Below, one piece after another: positions 39,474-52,772 of a stretch of DNA of 64,000 bases. The notes beneath the pieces were generated by a model that was given only the letters and a program-made list of their open reading frames with translations, ran no database searches and was not told the origin of the DNA. The stretch's first letter is position 1; the number at the start of each line of letters is the position of its first letter. Source of the stretch: Haliotis cracherodii (taxonomy: Eukaryota); NCBI RefSeq assembly GCF_022045235.1, contig NW_027266275.1, positions 57,846,001 to 57,910,000 on the forward strand, given 5' to 3'. Made by a program: the position numbers and the translations under genes.

Positions 39474-41615
39474 GTCACCAGAAAAAGATCATGTTAGCCA
39501 TCGACAGACTCAAGAGAATTATGTCTGGCAGCAAGAGGTTATCATCTGTGGAAAAACGACGTGGCTCACAGGAGTTGCTGGAGCCACCATCCCAGATGAA
39601 TAACTTGAGGTGGTCAGGCGACATGGCTCCACAGTATGTACAGGAGCTTGGTGTAGGTGCCAAGCCGAAGAAGTCACCATCGGGGGACAGTATTGCCACC
39701 GTTAGCAGTGGCAGCAGTGGCACCAGCGGGACCAGCAGCAGCGGTGGCAGTTTGAGCAGCGGGGAGATAAGGATCATGCACATCCGGGATGGGGACAGTG
39801 TGTTCACTCGGCAGAACTCAACCGGTTCTGGAGGACCTGATGTTGTTGCCATCCAGGTAAAGAGGTCATCGAGCAGGACACCCAGCACCACAGAGTCAAT
39901 ACCAGAAGGCAAGGACATGGCAGGCCAGCCAATTACATATCAGTCTTTTCAAACTCCAGGAGGTGACCGGCGGTCAGGGAATTCGTTGGATAAGGACATT
40001 GCTGGTGGCGTTGTTATGGCGGAACAGCCTCGGGATGAGGACCGTGTGCTAGTGGCTCCAGTTGCACCTAAAGTGCAAGTCAAAGCTAAACCCGTTGCTA
40101 AGATCATTGCTAAGACAAAAAGATCAAGTCGAGAGTATTCACCTGATAATATTGAAATTGAGAAACATGAGTCAGAGTGTAATTCTGACGGGAATAAGAA
40201 CTCGGTTCTTGCAGGTGGAATGGTGTTTTCAGGTACGTTGAAGAAGAATCAGACGAGGTCTGGCTCCCAGCAAGAACACATCTATGATACCCCCCATGTT
40301 GCACCTCCGCCGAAAGCTCCAAAACCAAAACCAAACCTTGCGATCCCCAAAATGCCTGTTAATGAATCTACAAGCCCAGGACCATCAAGTCCACTGTTTG
40401 TCAACACACAGAACCAAGACTCGGGCCCGTCCACCCCTTCCCCCACAGGAAGGGGCAAGCGAGCACCGCCACCACCTCCCAAACGAACACACTCAATCCG
40501 AAATGAGGGACCAACTCCTCGAGACGATATCCAAGAATTGCCCAGTCAACGACCAAGCATGCACCAGAGTGCACACTTTGGGGGGGAGGCTCGGGAACAG
40601 ACAAGGATGACGGCTTCGGCCGGGCCTCCAGCTGTCAGTGTCAAGCCCCAGCAGCTTGTGCAGGCTCAGCCTCAGGCCTCCCCCCAGCATCATGCTGCAC
40701 CTCAGCATCAGGCCTCGCCCCAGCATCATGCTGCTCCACAGCATCAGGCCTCGCCACAGCATCAGGCCTCGCCCCAGCATCAGGCCTCGCCCCAACATCA
40801 GGCATCACCCCAGCACCAGCAACACCAGCAAGAGATCCCGCCCAAGCAGCAAGCATTTGCCAGCTGTGTTCAAAGTCTCTCTCAAAGATTTGGGTCAAAG
40901 CGGGAAGAGAATGGTGCTCAAGAAAATACCTCTTCGGATGGGGAAGAGTTCCCACCTCCCCCTCCTCCCATCGCCATGGATATCATCACACCCAAGATTC
41001 ACAATTACGGAATTCCTAGTAAATCAGACAAGGCAGCAGCAGGGGAGTTCGGAGGGCTACAGAGTAAGATAAGGAGGGACCTCAGTCACAGTCCTCACAG
41101 TCCTCATGACAAGAGGGCCTACGGGGGAGAGAAAAGCGAAGGTAGAACATTTGGGGTGAATCTGCGCAAACACATGTCTCCCCCAAAGGAAATACCGCGG
41201 AATAATGTGAATGAAAATGTGAAACCCTCCGAGGTTGAGAACTTGAGAACAGGTTTAGGTGACAAACGCAGTGACTCTACAACTAGTTTCGAATCAACAT
41301 CATCAACTTCCAGTGTGGATTCAAACACTTTGCCTTTTGCCAATGAAAATGTTGGCACAATTAAGCAAAGAACTCCTGCTGCTAAACCCTCTATAGTAGA
41401 AATTTCTGATGGAATGAATGGACAGAGAAGTGTAGATTTAAATTCAAGTATGTTTGAGGAGAATTCAGGGACGTTGAAACGGACTCCGATGGGCTTCGGC
41501 CATAGCCCTGTTAGTAAGAACTCAATGATCTCACATTCACAGCCCAATCCAATGATGGCGGCGGGCCCAAGACCAGTAGTGACAGTGTCAGGCATGTCCA
41601 ACCCTACACAGAAAG
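39474..41615 (+). CDS. CASKIN: Caskin large exon: end of SAM2 plus disordered proline-rich region, phase 1/1
   Basis: ttccag|GTCACCAG gives (G)HQKKIMLAIDRL completing SAM2; 2142 nt open; motifs PPPPPKR and LPFANENVGTIKQR; donor AAAG|gtaatt. Confidence 0.93.
40670..40830 (+). repeat. coding 18-bp tandem repeat (QHQASP/QHHAAP)n in Caskin
   Basis: CAGCATCAGGCCTCGCCC-type units in frame in the large exon. Confidence 0.9.
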
Positions 41616-43161
41616 GTAATTGTAGGCACTGATACACCTATGTCACAATACAATTTCATTTCTTCCACTTTCTTGTTAAAACAGCCAACTAGTAAATCAG
41701 GTTGTTACAGTGTGTGGCATGTTTGAGAAGCTCACCTATGTGTCTTTTGATACCATACATATAGACGAGTGTTGATATGTATAATATCAAAAGACATGAA
41801 TGTCTTCTATTTATTCAAACCAAATCATTCCTCCAGTTTGTAAACACTTTCTTGGGTAAAACAAATTACAGCTAACCAGACTCAGAGGCAGAGTGATTAG
41901 TAATGTTCGATTTTGACGTCATGCTGAAGGTGGATTAAACTGCTTTATTATGTAGCCAGTATGATGTCTAATACAATGGCAGAGAAAAAATGTAAATTTA
42001 GCGCTGTTGCGCTGTACATATTTCGATGTCCGTATTTGTTACAACCCAAACGAATATTAAAAGCTCTAACGAGGAGGCGTAGCTTAATTAGCACAGCCGG
42101 CTAGGCCTGCAAGCTGATTGGGTATTGCTGCCAGCCGGGTACAGAATATACACGATTGTTTCATTAGTTCTTGGGAGACCTGTGTTGTATATATGATACT
42201 GGTATGGATTCCATGCAATGTCAAGAGTATGGCTAGTATGAGCGGGTCAAGTAACCTTGATTTAACGTGATTATGTTTGTCACTTTTGTCGGTCACAGGT
42301 ATATTTCTTCCTCAGATATCACCTATTCATCTTCTGAAGAAAATTAGCATTCTATGATAACTTGTAAACCAGTGTCACTGTCAGGGTGGGCATATTGAAA
42401 AGTTAGGATTGATTTGAGCTCGTGATATTACAAAAAGGAACGAAATAAGTTCTTTTCTTCATCATTTTATACAGATCAGGCAATATGTTAGACAAAGGAA
42501 AGTCTCACAATGAAATAAATCAGATTAGTACTGTCATGCAAACAATAAACACAATTGAAGAAATAGTTGTATGTTGCGCACATCGTTTCGCTACCGAATA
42601 TTGACCTCAATCTGTGATCAAAATAGCCTTTTTCACGTTTCCGTTGTAAGCAAGAGGAGTATATTTGGATCCTTAAATCCCACTCATACAAAGGAAAGTA
42701 CAGTGTATAACTGGTCATTGCTAATTGTAGAAAGGAGAATGTCTGAGGGTTAAGGGGGAAGAATAGGTTTGCCGATAATGGCTAGAGTGCAAACGGAGGA
42801 GCGGGCTTGTTGTGTGATCAAGTGTATAATTTTGGAGGTAGCTTGTGCAATCAACCAAGTTATTTTGAAGGTAATTTCCACCGACAAGACCATATATGGA
42901 GGCCTTATATATAAAGGCTCCGCCTCTGCTATATTTTCGTTTCAGCTTTGAAATTGATAGACAGGACAAAAGTGCAAATAAACATTATTTACGCGCCACT
43001 TTCGATGGTTTGAATACTATATTTGCGTTAACTACGTTATGTTCTATCCAAATCTGCAAAGTTGTATATGCCCATGAGACTTGCATTTAGAAGCCACATT
43101 ATCTACAGACTGCAGTGGAAAATAGTGTTCATTGCATCATTTTGCAGTATTTAACTTCATT

Positions 43162-43439
43162 CAATCACTTAGTTCAATGTAGACTTGTTACATGAAATAT
43201 AGCTAAATACAATCACTAAGTTCAATGTAGACTTGTTACATGAAATGTAGCTAAATACAATCACTTAGTTCAATGTAGACATGTTACATGAAATGTAGCT
43301 AAATACAATCACTTAGTTCAATGTAGACTTGTTACATGAAATATAGCTAAATACAATCACTTAGTTCAATGTAGACTTGTTACATGAAATGTAGCTAAAT
43401 ACAATCACTTAGTTCAATGTAGACATGTTACATGAAATG
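43162..43439. repeat. 48-bp minisatellite, ~6 copies
   Basis: unit CAATCACTTAGTTCAATGTAGACTTGTTACATGAAATRTAGCTAAATA. Confidence 0.96.
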
Positions 43440-43898
43440 GCTTGTTTATACCCGTAAAACCTTTACATTTGCCAAGATATATTGTGGGAAATATCCTACA
43501 ACTGTAACAAAGACAGTAAGATTCTTATCAGGATACACAAATTGGATGCACAAAACAGTCTACACAGTAAGAAATTTTTCCCAGTGAGACCACACTTCCA
43601 TTTGCTATACAGTGATGTGCCGTATCTAAGCATACTGTGTGAACAGCGGCCGAAGGCCACAGCAGTGACTTGTTTATAAGCTTACTGGATGAACTGCCAC
43701 CAAATTTTATTTACTTAAAAAATATCTATTTCCCAGTTGTGCCCTGACTTTAATGTCACATACTGTGAAGTGTGATGTCAAGATGTCTCAGCATTGGCTT
43801 AGTCATGATAGTGATTTAAAAAAACAACGTCAGTGTCTCTGACGACTGCAAATCCAAGTGTGTTGTTCTTGAATATATGCAACGCCTTGATCTTACAG

Positions 43899-44013
43899 GA
43901 ATAGCGCGTCCACCTGTACCGGCCCACAAGCCCAAACCAGTGGTACCCCTGCATCATCAGCAGCAACAACATCAACACCATCAGCATGTGGGCAACCAGG
44001 ACAAAGCTCCTGT
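43899..44013 (+). CDS. CASKIN: Caskin penultimate exon (Pro/His/Gln-rich), phase 1/2
   Basis: cttacag|GA...CCTGT|gtaagt; GIARPPVPAHKPKPVVPLHHQQQQHQHHQHVGNQDKAPV; phases bridge the flanking exons exactly. Confidence 0.85.
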
Positions 44014-44663
44014 GTAAGTCAATCAGGAATTATGTATGGAATGCCATTAGATTGTGTTTGTCATTTGTGCTAGGGACCGACTATTTAATATTCTGGTGGG
44101 GTCACTGCTTCACAACGTACAATAATTACATGTACGTGTATTTTCTCTGGAACGAGGAGCTGTACATTTTTATTTTCTTTAACAACACATGTATTTCTGT
44201 AGCTCTAGACCCGGCATGTCCAATGTATAATTTATATTTATACCTGAGGCAAAACTATGTTTTTCTACCATTTTCTGGAACAAATGATCTCTGTGAAACA
44301 AAATCCCAGCACCCCGTCCCAGAATATCCAATAACTGGTCCCTGGAGCAAAATGTTCGCCAGTTAACAATGTGAGGCTATCTTTACATTTTATTTTTGAT
44401 CGGCCCAGAATTATGCATCAGTTTGCACAATTATGAATGGTGTATTGGGTACTGAGACATTAAAAAATATTTTGTTTCATTTGCACTGTGATCAACCATC
44501 GAAATCATGATTAATAGCACAAGTAGTCAACCCACTACCAGTAATTTCTACTTGTACCAATATCTGTCAGTTGTTGAAAGTTCATGCCACATTACAAATA
44601 ATATTTTTTGGTATTGCTTCTGAAAACTTTCTCTACACAATCTCTTACATTGCTTTTGACATG

Positions 44664-44941
44664 GACCACCCCTGTGGTCCAGTAGAGTATCTGCCTGGAG
44701 AGCAGAAGGTTGTGGGTTCGATCCCCGGCCATGTCATATCAAAAGACGTCTAAAGATAGTATTTGTTGTTACCCTGCCTGGCATTTGGCATTGAGGGGAA
44801 CAAGGACTGCTCGTCTCAGAGTAAGTATACTGTGTCTGGGTGGGGTATCCATGTGAAACTGAGGCACAGCATCTCGTGGGCTAGCACTATGAAACAGGCA
44901 TTAGTTTGAACACTAGTTTCAAGCACACACATACACGCACG

Positions 44942-44988
<47 letters not shown>

Positions 44989-45046
44989 CGCTATATAAGT
45001 GCAATAATCTTGAACGTGACATTAAACCCATTACACCTCACTTCAC
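44664..45046 (+). mobile_element. SINE family D
   Basis: B-box GGTTCGATCCCC; expanded (CA)n at ~44945-44986; TSD CTTTTGA(C/A)ATG. Confidence 0.82.
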
Positions 45047-45127
45047 CTTTTGAAATGTTGCACAATTGTGACATGTAAGTCTAGGTCATGTAAGAGGATC
45101 ACTCTATATTTACGGCTCTGTTTTCAG

Positions 45128-45239
45128 TTCGAAGAAGCCTGGCGGTGACACGGGTGATGTGCTGTTTGACATAGACAATATGTTGCAAGGACTGACGGAA
45201 GAGCTTGACGCCATGCTGGAGGAGGAGGTTGCCACATAG
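45128..45239 (+). CDS. CASKIN: Caskin last coding exon (C-terminal helix) with stop
   Basis: ttttcag|T TCG...; SKKPGGDTGDVLFDIDNMLQGLTEELDAMLEEEVAT*, matching the Caskin C-terminal D-I-x-x-M-x-x-x-L-x-x-x-LDAML motif. Confidence 0.94.
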
Positions 45240-48200
45240 GTCACCACGGAGGCGACCTCGTACATCGCACGTCACTTTCATGTACATAGACATCGCTCAA
45301 TGCTTGGAACCTTGTGGTGATGGGGATACAGCCCTTACCATAAGGCTGGCTGGAAACTTGGTGCACAGTGCTAGTGCTTAGCAATCTATTTCACCTGAAT
45401 TTGACATTGACATATGCAAGTCTTTCAGTGAGGACAGACATGCCAGTTACTGAAATGGACATCTTTGGAGTGAATTAAGGCCTTTGGTGATGTTTATAGC
45501 AGTGTTGTGAACGTTTTCAGTTGGATTGAGGCCTGTGAAGGGATTGATATTTCAACTTGCCTTGTGCCAAAAGTTTGACAGTTAAACAACTGGAGTGCTG
45601 TGTACATAGTCTAAGGGAGACAACTCTCTTTCCACTTGGAGTACTATGGATAATGCTTTTGGATACAGATTTCCTTGCCAGACTGTGGCACATTTCTTCC
45701 TCATGATTATGCATCAGGGATAACCCAAGTGAGCAGCTTCCATTTAAGTAATTCTGATGGATTTTAGCGGTCAGTGTTGCTAAGTTCTAGAAAACGAAAT
45801 CTAAAATCAACGAGGAACTTCTAATCCAGATGACTCCAATCTCCATCAAAACATGTGACTTGATTTGTTTATGTCTAACAGAACCTGTGGTGTGATATGA
45901 ATGTTTTAAATGTGCTAAACTGCTGATTGATTGAAGACACCATGTCTGTGCGCAGTTGTTGCTTTTTTAACTGTAACACCATGAATGACCTGGGTTGAGT
46001 CCTGCATTAACCCAACACTGTCTATGCACGTGCTTCGTACTGCAGTGAGGTTCCTTCATATCCAAGACACTAGATATTGCAGGAGTTAGTCTCAGTCAGT
46101 GTAGTCAAGGAAGCCTAACTTATATCAGTGTATGTTTTCAGGTGCATGAAGAATTTCAACAGAAACAGCACACTGATTGAACAGCAATAACAATGTCAGC
46201 ATTTTGTGATGTTTTCCTACTTGTGACGTCAGGGCAGGATGTTGTCGAACCGAATTCTTTCGTCTGGTCTGACTCTTCGTACAGTTTCTATATGTGTCTT
46301 TCTTTAGTCTAGCATTAGGTACAACAGAGTCTCTGTCCGGCATATTCTGGAATCATGAGGAAGTCCCCCTTTGCCACTTGGCAGTTTATTGAGCTTCAGC
46401 ATCAGAGATCCAGCTGTAGGACTTGGAGGTTGGACTAGCATGAGATAACTGCATGTGGAGATCTGACTTCTAGCTACGGTACTCCACGATCCTGTAGACT
46501 GGAGCATCAGTGAGAAGACTGCCATCTCATGTTGTAGTCACACCAGCAGACAGTAGGGCCAGATGTGGAGCAGCAATGTTCAAAATTAAGCCTGATCATC
46601 TAGGGATCCAAGTTAAAGATTCAGATTAAAAGTTAAAGATTTTGGGGTCCCTAGACTCAAATACTCGAACAGCAAACTCCTTACGCCAGGCCCCCTATTA
46701 TTTTTTAACTCTGCTTCTTCTTACTGTAATCATGGGTTTTGTTTGATATACACCTTACACTAGATATCTTTGGCCGGCCACTGATCTTTGAATTTAGTAA
46801 GAAGTGGATCATAATGTGTTAAAAATCATACTCCAAATGAAGATTTCGCATCCTTCTGTGTGGAGAATGTTTGCTTGTGCACGGTCTATATGCTGCTCCA
46901 CTACAGTGTTAGACCACCTGACTCTGTGAGGAGCCACCTCGCTGTGGTAATGTTGATTTTAGAATCTCTAGTGAGAAGCCCTGGCTTTGGTAGTGATGTA
47001 ATTGATATGACAGTACATCTCACATTCTTCATACAAACGTAACAACAAATATTGTTTTTAATGCTAGTTTCTTAAATGCTATAATAATATGTTTTTAAAA
47101 ATACCAAATAGTCATGTTTAGGGCCAAGAGAAAAGAATAATGTTTCACCTATAAGATCTTATGAATCTAAAATTTTGAATTATTTCATACCATGTCAATA
47201 AAGACAGATTAATCAGTAAATACCATATACCATTCAGGGCTTCTCACAGACAGATTTTTTTTTTTTCGCGTGTTTCGCAATAATGTTTACCCAAGTTGAT
47301 TTCAAAGAAGAGATTAGTACGACAAGGGGGGACTGTTTCCTTCTGTCCTGTATAGTGATTAGGTACAAACCAATGTTATGGTATTATTATTTGATAAAAA
47401 TCTTTACATCACTGGTTGTGTCCGTTCTAAAAATGGCTCATTTGAACTATCAGGTGACCTGATTGTATAAAACTGTTGAATATTTGTGAAATACTTTTTA
47501 TATTGTACATGGTTCTACAGATGTATTCTCCTTCACAAGTTGCTTGTTAAAAACTAACCTGTCGCTCATCTCTGTGTTATTTTAAGCTAAAAAAAAAGTC
47601 AAATGTCTAATTGTCCAAATCAATGTTGAAGTCGCACATACTGTCATATTCACTTGTGTTAATTGAACTGGCTTTTAGTGGGACATTTGTTTATTTGAAC
47701 ATCCTTGCTTACAAAACTGTTGGCTACTTCTGTCCTTAATTCACTGGTGTCTTTTTACTTCATTTTCATTGTAAAGTGACAGTTCTTTCTACTTGATACA
47801 AGAATGAATCCTTCTTTTCATGTTTTGATAATTCTTCTATTGACAAGCCTGATCTGTTGTCCATTTCGCAATGTATGACCGGAGCACCTGTCACCCAGAT
47901 GTCTCTTGACGCCATTGCACTGAGAAATACACCGTTGATCTCTCGGGTTGTATGCAATAGCTGCTGTTCACAACATTAGCAGGAGTGAAATGTAAATACA
48001 GAATATCGCCATGTCCATGTCAGTAGCAAGACGAAGCGGTCATGGCATGATGCATCTTCCCGAGGCAACAGTGTCCTCTGGCCTGATATCACAGCCTAGT
48101 TTATTCTTGGGAAGGTGGGCACAATGTTGAAATAAAAAGTCGCTGAGATTCCATCCTGCAAAAAATAATGTCATTTGACCATTAAGCTCCTGTCATTTAT

Positions 48201-50644
48201 TTAGTGGGGGGGGGGGGTGGGGGGGTGGCAGAGGGAGGATCACCAAAAAGTATTTATCTCTAGGTGAGACTCGGTTATTAAAAAATAATGCACATATTTG
48301 GGGAGCCTCATGAATATTTGGACATTTCGTATTAAGATATTAATTCTTTTCAGGGAGGGCCTTGAAAAAAATGTACAAGGACATTGGGAGGGTCATCCAA
48401 AAATATGATAAGCATTAGGGGTTGATCATTATTTTCACTGCAGTAGTTCACCACCACCACCTCCTCCAAATCGTAACATGAAATATTCATATGCTTTGAA
48501 ACTTTGTTTTATAAAAAACACGAGTTGTTTGTGAACCTTTGATTCAATCAGTGTCATTCAGTCTGTTTCCTTAACCTGTCGGGGTGGTGGGGTAGCCTTG
48601 TGGTGAAAGCTTTCGGTCCTCATGCCGATGGGTACAGTCTGAAGCCCATTTCTGGTGTCCCCTGCTGTGATAGTGCTGGAATATTGCTGAAGCAGCATAA
48701 ACCATACTCACTCACTGTTACAAGATTGTGTCAGCAGGTCTCTTGAGCAGTTATTCACATAAAATCTGTCAGAATTTGACTGTTTGAAGGATCTGAAGAT
48801 CTAGGATAGTTTGTGTTAATCATCATCGTTGCTTTGGCTTGTGAAGTGATTGCTGCTGGTATGGACACTGGTACAGTTGTACTGATATTGCTGGTGTACA
48901 GAAGAGTGTAAAGTTGGGTGTATTCTCGAGGACAAAAATCTCAGAATGTGTAGACACTTTTAGCATAGCAAAATGCACAAATGATAATGTTGCTTATAAA
49001 GCTTCCCAGCTATGACGTATTTATTAAGTAGTTTTACTATTTATGTATACATGATATTGTTTATTTTATTAGTAAACCCAAATGATTCAGAATAGTGCAT
49101 ATCCATTCCTCATCCAATGAACTAGCGTGGAGTATATGCAAGGTTTCGTACGAACATTCTAACAAGTCGTGAAGACAAGTCTGTTAGACCACATAGTGGC
49201 TCACCAATATGTACAGATAATTATATGCTTTTATGTAATATTCTCCCTAAATCTTACCTCAAGTTATGTGCAGTGCTTTAACGTTCGGTTGTTATTGTTG
49301 GAACTACTTAGGATCAGTTCATGCTTTGAGATTTTAAAGTTACAAGTGCCTATTGGACAGATTTGTCTGCTGTTTTAAAGCTATGACATTTTTATGAGAG
49401 AATGGTTGCAGAATTTGCAAAAGGACAAATCATTAGAAGAGAGACGTGCTACATTAAGACTGCAAAATGTATTTGGAATGTTTCGTAAGGTAGTTGTTTT
49501 CTTGTCCCTATTCAAAGAAATTGAACTGAAAAAATATATTTCGAAGCAGTTAGAAGTTCCAGTGTTAAATCTCTGCCTGCCAACTCCCAGTAGTGTCCCT
49601 CTAGATAAGCACATCACTTTGTTATGTATCATATGCATGTTATTACAATGGTTAATGCATTGTTGTTGTCATTGAGTACCAGTTATTTAATAAAAGGAGG
49701 TATTTAAACCCTACAAGGTGTGCATGTAGATGTATCACTTCCGACATGTAATATATTGGTCAGAATAAACAGTTGACAGTGGCAGCTCAGTGTTCTGTTG
49801 TGACGATGAACATGAAAGGGAGACAACCGACATCCATTTAAGAGAAGTGTTTCATTACATGGCATGGTTTGTTTGATGCAGTGAGCGGGTGTGATGATGA
49901 AAGGGAGACAACTGAAGTCCATTTAAGAAAAGTTTTCAAGACATGGCTTGATGCCACTCCACTACATGACTATTGCTTGTAAATAATCCAGCCTGGGCCA
50001 AACTGGTGATTGATATTATTAGAAACGTCCCACGTCAAGAATCTTTAAGAAAACCCAAGGCACAGAGATCTTCCAAATGTGTGTGTGTAGCACACATGCA
50101 AATAGGGAATGTACATGGCATAAAATTGAAAGGAGAAAAAACAATTAACATGAAAATCAAAGTCTTAGTTTTGTATCCAAGTTTTCAAGCTGGAACCTGT
50201 GTAATTAGTATATCATCTGCCCTCAACTTCTAGCCGTTGTCAAGTCTGGGGAAATAAAATCATCTTGGTTGGTTGGTTTTACACAGTACTCAGCAACATT
50301 CAGCTATATGATGGCGGTCTGTAAATAATCAAGTCTGGACCAGACAATCCAGTGACTGACATGTGCATCGATCCATGCAATTGCCATCAATGACATGCAT
50401 CAACCAAGTCAGCGAGCCTGACCACCCGCTCCCATTAGTTGCATTTTACGGCAAAATCATCTTGGACACCAGTGTCCACCATTGTCACAACGACTTGTCT
50501 CCCATCGATCAATGCAAGGTGCAAAAACACAACAAATCAGTTCGAATGTGCGTATGGTTCTATATAGATCCTTCCTGAATATTCACAATTGTTCACCATA
50601 CTGAATAACAAGTACATGTACACTAGAAATGGTAATTGAGTTAC

Positions 50645-51000
50645 ATACTGAACTGCAAAAAAAATGTCACTACATGAAAGTTTCCCACTTTGTGGAGGTA
50701 TCTTGTTTTCGACTTTAGTCTGTATCCAAATTTAATGCTAAGTTGATGCTACCCAAAGAGTGCCACAAATATGGATGTAATGGGTCGCCAAAATGCTGCT
50801 TAACTAACAGCCATGGTTTACCATACAAAGTCCCAAATGCTTTCAATGAAAATCAAAATTCATTTGAGTTTCTTTTTGACTTTTCTTATAAATGGGACCC
50901 CCAATACAAGGATCCAACATTTTTGTATTGATACAAGCGCCATGCCAAGACTTACGAGGAATCGGAGAAACCAGGCTTTTGGAAGACTGCATGCGTTTGA
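50645..51000 (+). pseudogene. Tc1-like transposon remnant
   Basis: ATG at 50942 encodes MPRLTRNRRNQAFGRLHA, resembling the N-terminus of Tc1-type transposases; frame closes soon after; TIR-like CTGAACTGCAAAAAAAATGTCAC upstream. Confidence 0.5.
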
Positions 51001-51290
51001 TGACCTGGCATCCTTACTGTAGATAGTTCTCACGTGGACATTAAAAGCATTTCGTGCAGTCTGGCCAGAATGCAGTCCTAAAGCCAGGGTTTCTGATTCT
51101 GGGGTGAGCATTATCTGTAGACTTTGCACACACATTAACACACATCTGTATCAAACAGGAGACGAGCCAACATTCAGAAATACTCAAGTATGCAGTCTAG
51201 GAGCCTATCAGTGACACTGCACATTCACTAAAGGACGGTCTCGACAACCTGTCATGGCTACATTTTCTTTTCTCACAGGCAAGCAAATAG

Positions 51291-51554
51291 TGAGTGAGTT
51301 GTGTTTAACGCAGCTTTTAACAGTATTCCAGTTATATCACGGTGTGTCAGCTTAATGTGGGAGAAAGCCCAAAGTGATGCAGGTCTCAGACGTTTACCAC
51401 TTCGGTGAAACCCACGAGCACAGGTATGGTGCTGACAAACCTAGAAAGATAATTGGGGCGAACCGCGATTCATAGGTTTCTGGCGTGCCCAAGGGACACA
51501 ACTCTGCACAGCGAATCGAGGCACCTTAGACGACTGGGCCACTCGTGCCCCCCC
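51291..51554 (-). mobile_element. SINE family C
   Basis: TSD AGCAAATAG on both sides. Confidence 0.9.
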
Positions 51555-51825
51555 AGCAAATAGAACCACATATTGACCATAAATGACTGAATTATAGCAC
51601 CTTCTCATGTCTCAAGGATTGTTTTGTGAAAAACAAAGTATTCCAATGTAGAACTGTGAGGCACTTGATTAACTAGTCAATGTACATACATCACTTATAC
51701 CTATTCTATAATATTTCTAAATGCAAGATCGTCTCTCTCAATGTACAAATGTCTGTTAGGCCTGTGATCACTTAACTGTGATCCTTAAGCAATGAACCAA
51801 GAAAAGAGACATTTCCCAGACAGCT

Positions 51826-51831
51826 TTTATT
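51826..51831 (-). terminator. RPL18 polyadenylation signal AATAAA
   Basis: TTTATT on + strand, 22 nt past the stop codon; a short 3'UTR is typical of RP genes. Confidence 0.8.
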
Positions 51832-51853
51832 TGGGTGAAGTTTGTACACAGAT

Positions 51854-51949
<96 letters not shown>

Positions 51950-52187
51950 TCAGAGCAAGAAACATTGGCGTCATTCACTTAAAACAAATAAGCGACATAA
52001 CTAAAGCTGCAAGAAAACAAATGTAAACTGTAAAGACAGAAAGAATTATCTCCCTTCAATTACCTCACACCATTCATAATCAGAACCTTCAATCCAGAAT
52101 TTAACTTAATTAAATTCATTTATCATGATATTGCCAACATTGAAGAAATAAAATGTGCTTAGATATTTGACAATGTGTTGTACATAC

Positions 52188-52257
52188 GCAGTATTGCTGT
52201 GTGGCACACCAGGGGCGGTTCCGAAGTGTCTGTATGCTTCACGGGCCTTTCTGCGAC
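52188..52257 (-). CDS. RPL18: RPL18 exon 6
   Basis: tgtag|(G)RRKAREAYRHFGTAPGVPHSNT(A)|gtatgt, 70 nt. Confidence 0.98.
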
Positions 52258-52702
52258 CTACAACAAGTCATGTTCATATTAAACAATGACGTCTTTCTAA
52301 AGAAGTGTAAGGGTAAACATTGTTTTAAGCCACAGTCAGCAATATTCCAGCCTTTACATAACCAAGACTAGTCCAGTGGCTGACAAAAGCAATGATCCAC
52401 GCACTCAGCAACATTCCGGTTATAATATGACGGCCTGTAAATAATTGAGTCTGGACCAGACAATCAAGTAAATCAATATTGTGTGCAACAATCCATGCTG
52501 ATAGATATGAGGACTTGCTTTCAATGAAGTCGCAGAGTCTAACCACCCAAGGCAGGTCAACACCATGACCTATTCTATTACTAACCAGGAATCCCCAAAA
52601 GGTTTTGTCTGCTCTGAAGAGAAGCATTGAGCAATAGGGGCCTTTTCTGCCCTGGAATATTCAAGTGCCTATGAAGAGCCATCTAAAAGAGCAGAGTTGG
52701 AT

Positions 52703-52772
52703 GGCAATGTTCAGCTAAGATTTTGTCTTCAATGGGATCAGTCTCGAAAGATGAAAACATCATTACAATGCC
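52703..52772 (-). ncRNA. SNORD2: box C/D snoRNA, SNORD2/snR39B family (RPL18 intron 5, distal copy, guide variant)
   Basis: boxes intact; guide CATCTTTCGAGA (one substitution); perfect external stem GGATGGCA/TGCCATCC (52699-52706/52769-52776). Confidence 0.8.

Noticed and set aside
41616-41632. ORF-track C-terminus GNCRH* of the 713-aa ORF
   Set aside because: Read-through past the GT donor at 41616; downstream exons supply the conserved Caskin C-terminus in the correct phase
39475-41637. Antisense and alternative-frame ORFs over the large Caskin exon
   Set aside because: Shadow ORFs expected from GC-rich, repetitive coding sequence
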